Shown: positions 51,272 to 64,000 of the stretch, one piece after another
How positions within the stretch are numbered: position 1 is the first letter of the stretch
Layout of the letters: every line of letters starts with the position of its first letter
From: Neocallimastix sp. 'constans'
Lineage: Eukaryota
NCBI GenBank assembly: GCA_050613775.1
Contig: JBODTK010000012.1
Span: forward strand, 248,001-312,000
Reading direction: 5' to 3'
Length of the DNA stretch: 64,000 nucleotides
Program-made: the position numbers and the translations under genes
Notes under the pieces: generated by a model
Told to the model about the DNA's origin: nothing
The model's input: the letters and a program-made list of their open reading frames with translations, nothing else
Database searches by the model: none

Positions 51272-52274
51272 TATGTATTAACATAAATAATGTTAATTTA
51301 CATTTTAAGTTTAGTTTATTAAGTTTATTTATTTATATTATTAAATACTTTAACAATTATTACTATTATTAATATTATTGTTACTGCTATATATAAAGAA
51401 ATAAATAGAAAAAGAAATAATCATAATCATAGTCATACTCAATAAATATTTAAATATAATTTCTAAAACACGTAATTTTTAAATTTAAAGCAAAAATTGA
51501 TAAAGAGAAATATATAAATATCATGTAATTTTTTTTTTTTAATAAATTAATTTTTCATTTTATTGTTTTATTATATAATTTAAGTATTAAAATTAAAACT
51601 ATTTAGTATAATAAATTTTAATATTAAGAAAATTATATTAGTAAAAATTAAAATTATTAAATAAACAATTATAATATTCAATTAAAAGATATTATATTGA
51701 CTAAAAACAAAATAAAACAAAATAAAAAAAAAATAATAAAAAAAAAAAAAAAAAAAGAATTATTAAAAAAAAATATTTACTTATTTAAAAAAAAAATATT
51801 CATTTATACTAAAATTATTATAATGATAATATTTATGTAATAAATATTTTTTGCTGTTTTCATACTCTTATATAAATCGTTAAAAAAAATATTATAGTAA
51901 TATTTTTTTTTATTTAAATTTATAATCTATAAAAGATTATGAAAATTAATATAATACTAAAAAAGAAAAAAAAAATAATATATATTTATATGTATGTATT
52001 TTGATCTATCATTATTGTTGTTCATAATTAAGATATATTAATTTTATAGTTTTATTAGAAAAAAATACACGCAATTAAATATATATTACTTATAATTTTA
52101 ATAATAATTTCCATAATAAACGAAATTGGTATTTATATTTAAAATTTTTTCATGCATATATGAAAAAATTTTATATTATTTTATATTATCTATATATGTA
52201 TATTAAAGCTTTTTGGAATAATCATTATATATATATGAAAGCCATTTATTGAACTTTTTTTTTATTGTTCAACT

Positions 52275-52906
52275 TTAATTTTTCTTATTACGAACAATAC
52301 ATCTAGCTCTAGTTTTAGTGATTGTTTTCTTTGTAACCTTAGTAGTATTAGTACTTGTAGTGTTTGTTTGAACAGGAATCATCATTTTTGTGGAAGAAGT
52401 ATTTGTTAAAGTAATGGTTGGAATATTTACTACAGAAGTACTATTAATTGTAATTGTTGGAATAATTACTACAGAAGTAGTAGTAATAGTTGGAATATTT
52501 TCTACAGAAGTAATAGATGAAATTAATCTAGTAGTAGTTTTAGTAATAGTAGTAGTAGTTGGAACTGTTATTGTTGGACTAGAAGAAATTATAGTTGTGA
52601 TAGTTGTAGGAATTACAGTGGTTGTAGTTGTAGTTAAGCTTGAATATATAGTTGTAGTAGTAGTAGTAGTTGGGATAATTGTAGTTGAGCTTGAATTTGT
52701 AGTTGTTGTGGTAGTAGTAGTTGGGATAGTTGTAGCTGGAGATATAGTTGTGATATTTGTATGAACTACAGGAGTTGTAGTTGTAGTTGTACTTGAACTT
52801 GTAGTGGTAGTAGTAGTAGTTGGAATAGTTGAAGTTGTAGATGTAATGGTACTAATAGTAGTAGAAGTCGTAGTTGGAATAGTTGTAGTTGTAGATACAG
52901 TGGTAC

Positions 52907-52958
<52 letters not shown>

Positions 52959-53665
52959 TGGAATAGCTGTAGTTGTAGATGTAGTTGTAGATGTAGTTGT
53001 AGTAGTTGTAGTAGTGGTTGTAGATTTTGGTTTTAAAGTTTGTTTGCTAATACTAAAATCTGGAATACATTGATGATAATATTCATTGTATGCATGACAA
53101 ACATAACCTATTTCACAGCAAGTTGGAGCTTCTGGCCAAGTAGAACCACCACAAGGCATATAAGCCTTGGCACATACTGGTAATGGCGTATAAATATCAG
53201 GTTCTTCTCCTGAACATTCAAAGGTTATAGAGCACCATTTTCCATTTTCATATCCCCATCCACTGTATTCATTTTCGAAACGTAAATCGCATTTTTTACA
53301 ACAGTCATATATACCTTCTCCTGGACAACGCTTAGTTGCGAGAGCAGTACCAATAACTGTAAATAAAATAATTAATTATTTTTAAAAAGTTTTATAATAT
53401 ACCAATTAGGAATATATATAAAAATATTATTTTCCATTAATTTTTTTATATATTATTATTAGTGGTTTTAATTATTTTATCATTATTTCGAATTTTTAAA
53501 ATATATATACACATTAAAATTTCAATACAATATATGCATTTAAATTTTTATAAATATAGATATTTTATTTTTGATAATATTTAATTATTATTATTATTTT
53601 TTTTTTCAAAAATAATTTAAAAAGCACTTACATAAAGTAATAATTGAAGTTAATTGTAGTTTCAT
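52275..53665 (-). CDS. Secreted non-catalytic protein: dockerin + CBM1 + long Thr/Ser-rich mucin-like tail (371 aa spliced)
   Basis: Exons 53665-53632 and 53356-52275 (gtaagt...tacag). MKLQLTSIITLFIGTALA; CPGEGIYDCCKKCDLRFENEYSGWGYENGKWCSITFEC (dockerin); CAKAYMPCGGSTWPEAPTCC..YYHQC (CBM1). Confidence 0.88.
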
Positions 53666-55374
53666 TTTGAAAATAAAAAAACTAAGCTTAAATTACTTAT
53701 GATGAAAAGTTAATTTTATAGAAATGTTTATTTTTTTTAAAAATTTGAATATGTATTTCCTTTGTTACTTGAATGATTTTGTTAAAATATTATTAACTTG
53801 TATGTATATTTTTATTATATATTATATATTCTTAAATATAAAATATACAATATCAATTTAAGTAACTAAAAAAGTAATAACTATACTTTTAAATTTTTTT
53901 GTATATTATCCAAAAAGGCTTATAAATAAAAATAATACAAATTAAAATAAATTTATTTAAAGTAGTTTTTTTTTTCTTTTATATATTTTTTAAAATAGTT
54001 TTTGAATATTCTAAATTTTTAACATTAATCAATAATTAAGTATAAATAAATTAATGTTTTTTTTATTTATTAATTTATTTATTTATTTATTTATTTATTG
54101 TTTATTTATTTATTTATTTATTTATTGCTTATTATTTATATCTTTATTCATTTATCAATAAAATAATTCATTTTCCATTTAAAGAAAAAATATTTTTCAT
54201 TTTTTATTTAATTATATTGATAATATATTTTATAATATATATACATTTATAAATTAATATATGATCAATATATTATGAATCATGAAACTTAACTTTTTTA
54301 TACAAAAATATTTATTAATTAAAAAATATAAACTTTAATTACTAACGAATTATTTTATTATTTTATTTTATATTTTATTAATAAAATATATTTTTTATTT
54401 TATATACATAAAATTGTTTCATATTTTTTTTTATTTATTTATATCAATTATTAAGTAATTTGTACTATTTTTTCCTTTGGCTATTATTTAAAATTATATT
54501 AAATAAAGTTTGAATACTAATGAAAAATAGGAAAATAAATTAAACTATAAAAGATATTATGATCTTAAAAAGAACAATCTATTCAAAATAATAAAGTTTA
54601 TTTAATATTAAACAAAATATAAATTGTCACAATAATTATATTAATTAATTAAATAAAGAAATAATGATTAAAAATTCTTTATTTCTTTTTTAATTTATTT
54701 TTTGTTGTGGAAAATAGATAAACAATATTAATTATTATATATAATATTTGTAATTAATTAAATAAAAAGTTTACAATTTAAATATAAAATGTTTATATAA
54801 TATTGAAATATTTTTTATTGTTGAGAATATTTATGATAATAAATAATAATAATAACAATAATAATAATAATAATAATAATAATAATTAATTATTTTAATT
54901 ATTAGTTATTATTATTTTATAATTATTCATTATGATTAATATTAATATTATATTAAGAATTTAATAAATAGAAAAAGATAAAAAAATTACCAAATAAAAA
55001 AAAAAAAGAAAAGGAAATTGTTACATAAAAAATTTTATTAAAAAAGGAGACTTTTGCTTTTTATATATAATAAATAAATTTATCTCCTTTTTTTTTTTTT
55101 TTTTTTTTTTTAATTTATTGATTTACATAAAAATATTTAGAAAATTTTTCAAAAAAAATTTTTTTCTTTTCATTCCTTTTTTTTTTTATTTTTTTTTTTT
55201 TTTTTGAATCCATTATTTCCAATAATACCAAATATAGAAAATATTTAAATCTTTTTTTTCTACCAAATTTAAAATATATGAGAAACTTTAATAATTAATT
55301 AAACTATAAAATAAATTAAAAAATTAAATATTAAATAGTTTTTATGTATGTATCAGATATTTTTATTTTGTTTA

Positions 55375-55975
55375 AATAATTTATTATTTAATTATTTAAT
55401 TATTGTTTATTATTTATATATTTATTATTTATTATTTATTATTTATTATTTATTATTTATTATTTATTATTTATTATTTATTATTTATTATTTATTATTT
55501 ATTATTTATTATTTATTATTTATTATTTATTATTTATTATTTATTATTTATTATTTATTATTTATTATTTATTATTTATTATTTATTATTTATTATTTAT
55601 TATTTATTATTTAATTATTTATTGTTTATTATTTATATATTTATTATTTATTATTTATTATTTATTATTTATTATTTATTATTTATTATTTATTATTTAT
55701 TATTTATTATTTATTATTTATTATTTATTATTTATTATTTATTATTTATTATTTATTATTTATTATTTATTATTTATTATTTATTATTTATTATTTATTA
55801 TTTATTATTTATTATTTATTATTTATTACTTAACATTTATTATTTATTATTTATTATTTATTATTTATTATTTATTATTTATTATTTATTATTTATTATT
55901 TATTATTTATTATTTATTATTTATTATTTATTATTTATTTATTTATTATTTATTAGTTATTATTTATTATTTTAT
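55375..55975. repeat. (TTTATTA)n microsatellite
   Basis: Direct reading. Confidence 0.95.
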
Positions 55976-56689
55976 TTATAAATTTATCAAATAATTTAAA
56001 GAAAGAAATATTAGAATATTTTACTTTTTTATTTTAATATATATATTTATATTTTTTATATATAAATAATATTTAGTTAAAAACTTGTATTATTAACACA
56101 AAGTTTTGAATGAAAAAATTGCCATATTCTCCCAAATTTTGTTTTATGTTAATTAACATTCAGTTCTAATAAAAGAAAAATTAATTTTTTTATATTTTTA
56201 TATATATACATATTTATAATTAATATATAAATATTTTTTTTTTGTAGTTCATTTCATAGTAAATAATAATATGTAATGAATTATAAATGAATGAATGAAT
56301 ATATAAATAACTAAATAAATAAATAATAGTTTTTTTTTTGGATGTTTAATTCATAAAAAATAAATAAATACATAATAAATAATAATTTTTTTTTTATTTA
56401 TGATCAGGAATAGACCATTATTCAATTATATTATTAAAAATATATATGAAATTTTTTATATCAATATTACAAAACTGAATTTTGAGGAAAAAATGACCTC
56501 AAACTCTTCCTGTTCATCAGTGATAACTTTATGTGAATAAAAATTGTTATTCAAATTTAATTTCTTCTTTACCTAATCGTTTTGACATAGAAGTGCTTGA
56601 TAACTGTATGCCTAATGGTATACAATTTGATCAAAGTGTATAAATTACTAATTACAAAAGACCTAACATTAGTATGGAATTAAAATTGA

Positions 56690-58800
56690 GAAAGAAGACT
56701 CTGTCGAAGGTAATTGAAAGATATTATTAATAAAGTGCTGAACCTTGTAGATTAGGAAGGGAAGTAGGAAGGTTTAGAGATTTTCTTAAAGTCCAGACCA
56801 ACCACGTTGAGCATTTTTTAAGAAATATTCATCGACGGAAAGAATTAAATTTTTAAATCTAATTATCCTAATATTACTTTTAATACTAATGATACAATCA
56901 GAAAGAAACCCTATTTTCTATGGATAAATTATAGTATAGAATGATTGAAGATTAGATAAATCCCTTTTAAGTATAAAAATTTTTAATCTTTCTATAAAAT
57001 CAATGCTTTTTCATGAGATATGTAAGTAGGGTAATGAAATGCAGCTGAGCCTTGTAGATTTTTAGGAACTCTTATTTAAATTTAATCACCTACTTAATTA
57101 GTTGTAAGTTTCTTAACTATTGTATTAGAGTGAATATTATCATTATGTTCAAATTCATGTAGTAACCATGTGAATTTATTATGAAAGAAAAATGCTTCAT
57201 ATTTATCCCTTCAAACTCGACTAGACCATTTAATTTTTTTACTTGAAAACGGTGTAGTAAAACTATCAGGAGATGCTTTTTTACAAGAAAGAATAAATAG
57301 TAAATGGCCAGAGATATCATTAAAAGAGTTGTATACAGAAGTAATATTCAAATAATCTCTTTAATTTATTGTTTAACAATTATAATAGTCAATATAAGAG
57401 TTCTTTCCATCATTAGACCAAGTAAGCTGGTGATCAACCATATTCGTAACAAACTATTGAGAAAAAATTATAGGAATAAGACCTTTAAGTTGCAATTTAG
57501 TCATGTTGAAATCACCAACAATAATAGAAGGGCTATTCTGATGATTCTTAAGTCATTTAGCAAAATCAGTTTTTGCTTTATCTCTGGAGTATTTATGTTT
57601 ATTGAATAAATTGGTAGGAATTGTGAACACCAATATAAAAGCCAAATAAATTAGGGATTCTCATATCTGCATGTCTCATTACTGTTCTACATTGAATGAA
57701 AAATGGATAGAAATTACAGAAAGAGTTCAGGAATAAGGTATTACCGACCTCTTGAAGACAAATATAATGGGATTAAAAATTGAATTAAAATGGGTAAATC
57801 CATCGACTTTTTCAGTGTTCCAACCATTAATTTTCTGGATAATATCAAGCTTAAAATATTGAGTATTCAATAAGAGATTAGCATAGAGAATACTATCAAA
57901 GATAGGAATAGTGGGTTCAGAGTAATACCTGTTTCTATTAAAATTTATACTACTAAATGTGGGATCCGTTGAAGTAATAATAAATAATAAATAATAAATA
58001 ATATATTATATATTTTTTTTATTTATTTATTAATTAATTATATGAAAATTTTTCTTTAAAAAATACAAATAAATATTTGTTTGACAGTTTAAGCATTATA
58101 AATATTTTAAATCGTAGTGTGAATTAAAGGTAATATACAGAATAAAGTGTATGAATAAATTCAGAAAAAAGTCCATATGCAATGAACCTTCCCTCCAGAT
58201 TATAAGATTTCCTTTTAAAGGAATTCTTATTCCGAATTAGGGTTTGGATTGACAGTCTGAAAAAAATTATGGTCTTCTCCTTAAGAGGCAATGGCCCAGC
58301 TAGCCTGTCATACTGCATTTTCAGCGTTGATGCTCTTGGTTAGTTTGCGCTTATACCGTCGGAATAGCAATCTTTGTAGAGTACTAGCCCTTGGCATAAT
58401 TTCTCGTATTAACACGAAAATTACTAGTATTAACATAATTATTACCAATTGATCTATTCACTACATTATTAGTAACGATAGTTTTATTTTTACTATCTTT
58501 TAAATTAATGTTTTTTTTTTTTTTTTCACTATCAATACAATTACTATTATTAACAATATTATTGATATTGTTATAATTATTAATAAGATTGTTACTACGA
58601 TAAGAATTAGTACTGGATTCGATACGATAAGAATTAGTACTGGATTCTATATTATTCATATCTGTGACACTGATTACATTTCTATTTGAAAAATATTGAG
58701 TATTCAAGAAAGGATTAGCATACTGAAGACTATCAGAGATAGGAATAGTGGATTAAGAGTAATACCTGGTTCTATTATAATTTATACTACTAAATGTGCG
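56690..58800 (-). mobile_element. Degenerate LINE 5'/endonuclease region with an internal direct repeat of about 110 bp
   Basis: Minus strand INGWNTEK at about 57810-57835, VGDFN at about 57500 and HYPTYISHEK at about 57005-57040. 57853-57964 is repeated at 58690-58801. Confidence 0.7.
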
Positions 58801-58891
58801 AATCCTTTAAGTAAATATATATAATATAATCCATCATATATAAGTAATAATGTCTTATTTATTAATTATATATTTAAGTAAATATTTTAAA

Positions 58892-58913
58892 CTACTACTA
58901 CTACTACTACTAC

Positions 58914-58965
<52 letters not shown>
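58892..58965. repeat. (ACT)n(ATT)n compound microsatellite
   Basis: Direct reading. Confidence 0.9.
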
Positions 58966-58968
<3 letters not shown>

Positions 58969-59589
58969 ATTAATAATAAAAAAGATTGAATTTATTTATA
59001 AAAAATAAAAAATAAAAAAATAATATTATATTAAATATTTAAATTTTTTAGAACTTATATATTTCTTTATTTTAAAATTTTTTTTTTTGTTTAAATAAAA
59101 TTTTTAATACTAATACTAATATTGGAATTTAAAATAAAAAAAATTAAAAAAAAAATAAAAATAAAAAAAATAGAACTTTACACTAAATTTCAAAAAACAA
59201 AATATTTATATAATTAAAATTAAAAAATTTTTTAATTTTATTTAATTTTTTTTTTTTTTTATTTAATTTTTTTTATTTAATATTTTTTTTTTTATTTAAT
59301 ATTTTTTTTTTTATTAAATTTTTTTTATTAAATATTAAATTTTTTTTTTTATAAAAAAATTTTTTTTATAAGTGTAAAAAAGAAAAAAAAAAAACTATAA
59401 TTATAATAAAAATTGAAAAATGAAAAAAACATACTACATTTATTTACTTATTTACTTATTTAAAAGATATATAATAGATTAAATTTAATACATAAAAATT
59501 CTTTTTAAATATATACAATTTAAAAATCAAGCCTTAATTTTTTTTTTTTTTTTTTTTTTCATCTTTTATAATTGAATTCAAATTTGCTT

Positions 59590-60188
59590 AGTAGCTGGTA
59601 GCATAATTATTTAATCAAGTTTAATTAAAAATCAAAACACTTTTTCTTAATATTATTTTTTTTGAAATATTAATAGGTAGCTATAGCTATTGAATGGCAG
59701 CATAATAATTAAAAGCTCTTTTTACTGTTAAGATTGAAATTTGAATTCGTACAGTCGTAGCATAATAATAATAAAAATGTTACTTTTTTTTTTTTCATTC
59801 TTATATGAAGCAGCAATTAGATTTATATTAATTTAATAAAATTATATATAGACAATTTAAAAATTAAATGACTTTTTGTTATTTTTTAAGAGGTAGCAAT
59901 AATTATTGAATGGCAGCATGGCAGCATAATAATATAAACTATTTTCTATTTTTTCTATCTTTAATAATGAATTAAAAACTTGATTGCAGCTTATATTGGA
60001 AATATAAATTATTTAACTATGCTAAGTATTTATAAAAAAAAATTTTAAAAACTATATACAATAAATTTTCGGCCTTAAGCTATTAATAAATTAGTCTTAC
60101 TCGGTGGCCATATCAAATTTCATCTTTAACTATTATTAATATTTTTTGATAAAATTTGATTACAATGTAAATAATTCATTAATATAAG

Positions 60189-60223
<35 letters not shown>

Positions 60224-60680
60224 TTTTTTCTATTATTAATATATATATATATATATATTAATATTTTTAAATTTATACTCTATAATATAATAAATTTTCA
60301 TTATAGTATAAAATTAGAAAAAAAAAAAAAATAAAAATATAATAAATAAAAAAAAAAAAAAAAAAAAAAAATAGTATAATTATTAATTTAATATTAGACA
60401 TTATTATTATTTATCCACTTGTATTATAATTATTTTATAATACTAAAATAATATATAGTTTTTTTTTTATTGATGCTACCTCTAATTACTATTATCATTA
60501 TTATGCTGCTATTATTATTATTGTGCTGCTATTATTATTATTGTAATGCTATTATTATTATGCTACCATTATTTTTATGCTACCATTATTATTATGCTAC
60601 CATTATTATTATGCTACCATTATTTTTATGCTACCATTATTATTATACTACTATTATTTTATTGATGCTGCTTCTGTGCT
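59590..60680. repeat. Short motif arrays in opposite orientations (GG[TC]AGCATAAT left, ATTATGCTACC right); possible foldback DNA-transposon relic
   Basis: Left copies near 59597, 59696, 59757, 59891 and 59912-59930; right copies at 60470-60670. Confidence 0.45.
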
Positions 60681-60953
60681 ACTTTAAACTATATATTATT
60701 TGTTTTAATAAAATAATTATAATTATAATAGATAAAAAAATAATATATCTATATCTAATAATAATCATACATATTTATTTTTTTTTTCTTTTTTAAATTT
60801 ATATTGATATTTTTAATTTTTAAATAAATTAAGAAATTTTTAAAAAAAAAAAAAAATAAAATGAAAAAAAAAATTAATCACTTTTTTTTTTTTTTTTTTT
60901 TTTGAAAGAATGATTAATTAATAATATACAAAAATTAATTTTCATTCTTTCGA

Positions 60954-62363
60954 TTAGTATAATCTATTTATCATATTTACTGGTTTGGTGGATTCATTTA
61001 AGCTCATTACTAATTTTAAATAGGTTTTATTGAAACCAAGTAGTGATGGAAGTGGTTTATCTTTATTTTTAGTTCTTCTAAAGTTACAGTTGATGCTATT
61101 TCTTTTAAAAAGTGTATTGAAAAGAATATTTGCGTAATTATCAACTTCCATATTCTTTTTGTTATTTTTTTTATTCTTTTTATTCTTGTTCGTACTAGAA
61201 AAATTATCATCACTAGTATTTCTAGTACTTATAATTCTCAAAGCATTATTTCTGTTGTTGTTATTGTTGTTATTACTGTTATTGTTATTTCTAATATTAG
61301 CATTATTATTAATTATATTACTATTATTATTTCTGTTTCTAATATTATTATTACTATTATTGCTATTATTATTTCTTATTCTAATTATATTATTATTAAT
61401 GTTATTATTATTTCTGATTCTAGTTACATTATAACTATTAATGTTATTATTATTTCTGATTCTAATTACATTAATACTATTAATATTATTATTATTTCTG
61501 TTTCTAATATTATTATTATTATTATTACTATTGTTACTGTTATTGCTACTGTTATTTCTATTTCTAATATTACTATTTATGTTACTATTATTATTACTGC
61601 TACTATCATTTATGCTATTATTACTACTACTGCTACTTCTATCTCTAACAATATCCTTTCTGTTACTATTGCTACTGCTACTGTTATTTCTGCTTCTAAT
61701 TCTTTCATAATTACTACTGTTTCTGTTGTTATATCTCACAACATTATTAGTACTATTTGTTTCATTATTATTAATATCTCTAACGCTACTATTCTTAGTA
61801 TTATAGGCAATACCTTCATATATGTTTTCTTTATTGCCATAGGAATTATTCATGAAATCAAATTTAAATTTTTTGATTAATCTTAATTTCATTTCTTCAT
61901 TATTTTCTTCATCTCTTTTTCTTTTGTTATTTTTACGACAATAATCATAAACACTGAAATCTTCTTCACTTCTATTTTCATATAAGATGAGACCTCCTTT
62001 ACTACGTTCACTCGTTTCTGATGAATTGTCATTTGTTGAAAATAAGTCACGGGAAGCAATTTTATTAGTTTTTTCTTTTTTAGCATCATCGGTAGTAAAC
62101 AGATAATCCAAACTATTTTTATCATTTTCTTCTTTTTTAGCATCGGTAGAAAACAGATAATCTAAACTATTTTTATCAATTTCTTCTTTTTTAGCATCAT
62201 CGGTAGTAAACAGATAATCCAAGCAATTTTTGTCGATAGCACCACGATTAACATCAAAAAAGTCATCAAGGTAATTTTGGTATTCATCCTCATCAATTAT
62301 ATTTAATAAAGTGGAAGAACCTCCATCTTTATTAGTAAAACCACTATTTCTGGGAGAGTACAT
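60954..62363 (-). CDS. Hypothetical Asn/Arg-rich low-complexity protein (469 aa)
   Basis: Long stop-free ORF in very AT-rich DNA; probable ATG 62363 (MYSPRNSG); three DKNxLDYLFxTD(D)AKKE repeats; basic RKNNKRKR motif; N/IRIRN-rich tract; non-repetitive C-terminus. Confidence 0.65.
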   Translation of the reverse strand: MYSPRNSGFTNKDGGSSTLLNIIDEDEYQNYLDDFFDVNRGAIDKNCLDYLFTTDDAKKEEIDKNSLDYLFSTDAKKEENDKNSLDYLFTTDDAKKEKTNKIASRDLFSTNDNSSETSERSKGGLILYENRSEEDFSVYDYCRKNNKRKRDEENNEEMKLRLIKKFKFDFMNNSYGNKENIYEGIAYNTKNSSVRDINNNETNSTNNVVRYNNRNSSNYERIRSRNNSSSSNSNRKDIVRDRSSSSSNNSINDSSSNNNSNINSNIRNRNNSSNNSNNSNNNNNNIRNRNNNNINSINVIRIRNNNNINSYNVTRIRNNNNINNNIIRIRNNNSNNSNNNIRNRNNNSNIINNNANIRNNNNSNNNNNNNRNNALRIISTRNTSDDNFSSTNKNKKNKKNNKKNMEVDNYANILFNTLFKRNSINCNFRRTKNKDKPLPSLLGFNKTYLKLVMSLNESTKPVNMINRLY

Positions 62364-63275
62364 TGTTTTTAGTTTTTTTGTTTTAATTGTAAATGTTTTT
62401 TTCAATTTTTTCTTTTTATTATAATTATGATATAATAAATTATTCTTATAGAAAAAAAAAAAAATTATTAAAAAAATTTTTTTTCGTTGCAAATTTTTTC
62501 TTTTTTTTATATTTTGAAACTAAAATAAAAATTTTAAGATAAGGTTTAATTAAAAATGAATTTAAAATAAAATAAAATTATTAATATGATATTTATTATA
62601 CCTTACCTATCTTTATTTTGTTATAAATAAAATTTTTCAAAATGAAATTTAATTAAAATGAATTTGAAGCATTAATTCATTATTAATATGGTTATATCTT
62701 TCCACTATAATTTTATTATTATTATTATTATTTTGTATTTTCAAAAAAAAATAAAAATGGATAATACATCAAACTAAAAAAAAAATTAAAGTTTAATATA
62801 TTCCTTTGTTTAATTTAATTTAATTAAAAACCAAAAAAAAAAAAAAAAAAAAAAATTAAAGTTCTATATTAATTATTATAATAAAAAAAAAAGATAAAGG
62901 TTTATATTTCATTTTAGTTTCAGTAGATATATTATTCAATTTTTTTATGATATAGTTTAATACATTATAATATATAATATTTAAAAAAGTAATTATTTTT
63001 ATATATAATTCTATTTATTTTAGAGTATATTTAATTTTATTGGTATTCTATACAAATAATAATATTTTAAAAAAAAATAAAAAAAAAAAAGAATTTTAAA
63101 ATTTCTATATTGATCTTTATTACTTTAAGATCAGAAATAGATTAAATCATATATCAAATTATAAGTAAAAAAATTTTTAAAGTTTAATTAATGGATTTTT
63201 TTTATTTAATTAATTTTTTTTTCAAAAAAAAAAAAAAAAGGTCATGCTAAAATGAAAGTATTATTTTATTTAAAT

Positions 63276-63310
<35 letters not shown>

Positions 63311-64000
63311 CAAATAATAATATATAATTTTAATTATAATAATTGATAGTAATTGATTTATAAATAAATATATATCTATGAAAAATTTAGTAGATTAATG
63401 ATACTTGCAAATTCATTAAACTATATTTATATGATTAGAAAAACGAGTCCTTATTACAATAAAATATTATGAAAATACTAAATAAAAAAAAAAAATAGAG
63501 AATATGTATAAATATATTTTTAATAAATAATTCATTTGTTGTTTAAAAAAAAAAGGATTAAAAACTCGTGAATAAACTTAAATAACACGTTTATCTAAAT
63601 AATAAGAATTATTAATAATTATTATCAAGTGAACGATTTCAAAATATAATTTTTAATTAATTTATTAAAAAGTTATAAAGAATATATTAAATTATTGAAT
63701 TATTGTTGTTATGATTTTCATTTTTTTTAAAAAAAAAAAAAGAAGAAAAAAAAAAGGTTTTTAAGTAAGGACAATAAGTTAATAAAATTAATTAAATATT
63801 AATAAAAATATAATAATTCTTTATATAGAAAAAAAATTATATATTAAAATAATATATATTTATTTTTTTTTTTAAAATAAAAAAAAAAAAAAAAACAGAA
63901 AATAAATTAAAAAATAAATAATTAAATGTTTTAATCATTCAAAATTTAAATGTATATATTTATATATAACGGGAATATTAATTATATTAGTATAGAGGTT

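Noticed and set aside
57853..58801. Direct repeats of about 110 bp as LTRs of a small element
   Set aside because: No TG..CA ends, TSD, PBS or PPT; the repeat sits at the start of a LINE endonuclease region.
62364..62492. N-terminal extension of the 512-aa ORF
   Set aside because: Non-ATG start running through homopolymers; ATG 62363 is more plausible.

Overview
Extremely AT-rich eukaryotic DNA with short GT-AG introns, long homopolymers and (TTTATTA)n tracts. Fungal dockerin, CBM1 and CotH domains point to an anaerobic gut fungus (Neocallimastigomycota); this is inferred, not searched. Host genes: a spliced secreted M13 (neprilysin-like) metallopeptidase running off the left edge; a 3-exon CotH-dockerin x3-CBM1 x2 protein that appears to lack the kinase catalytic residues; a frameshifted small secreted Cys-rich protein between nested inverted repeats and Mutator remnants; an intronless AIG1/GIMAP-like GTPase with a C-terminal RBR-Rcat-like Cys motif; three copies (one intact) of a ThuA/GATase-like gene; a 2-exon non-catalytic dockerin-CBM1-mucin protein; and an Asn-rich orphan ORF. 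Mobile DNA: a full-length Ty1/copia element (LTRs, CATTA TSD, PPT, and a PBS matching the anticodon arm of tRNA-Lys(CUU), i.e. half-tRNA priming) inside a 34-bp minisatellite; a young 5'-truncated LINE with poly(A) and a 14-bp TSD; many decayed LINE and copia pieces; and MULE-like TIR/MITE fragments. All domain calls are by eye from motifs; no searches were run.
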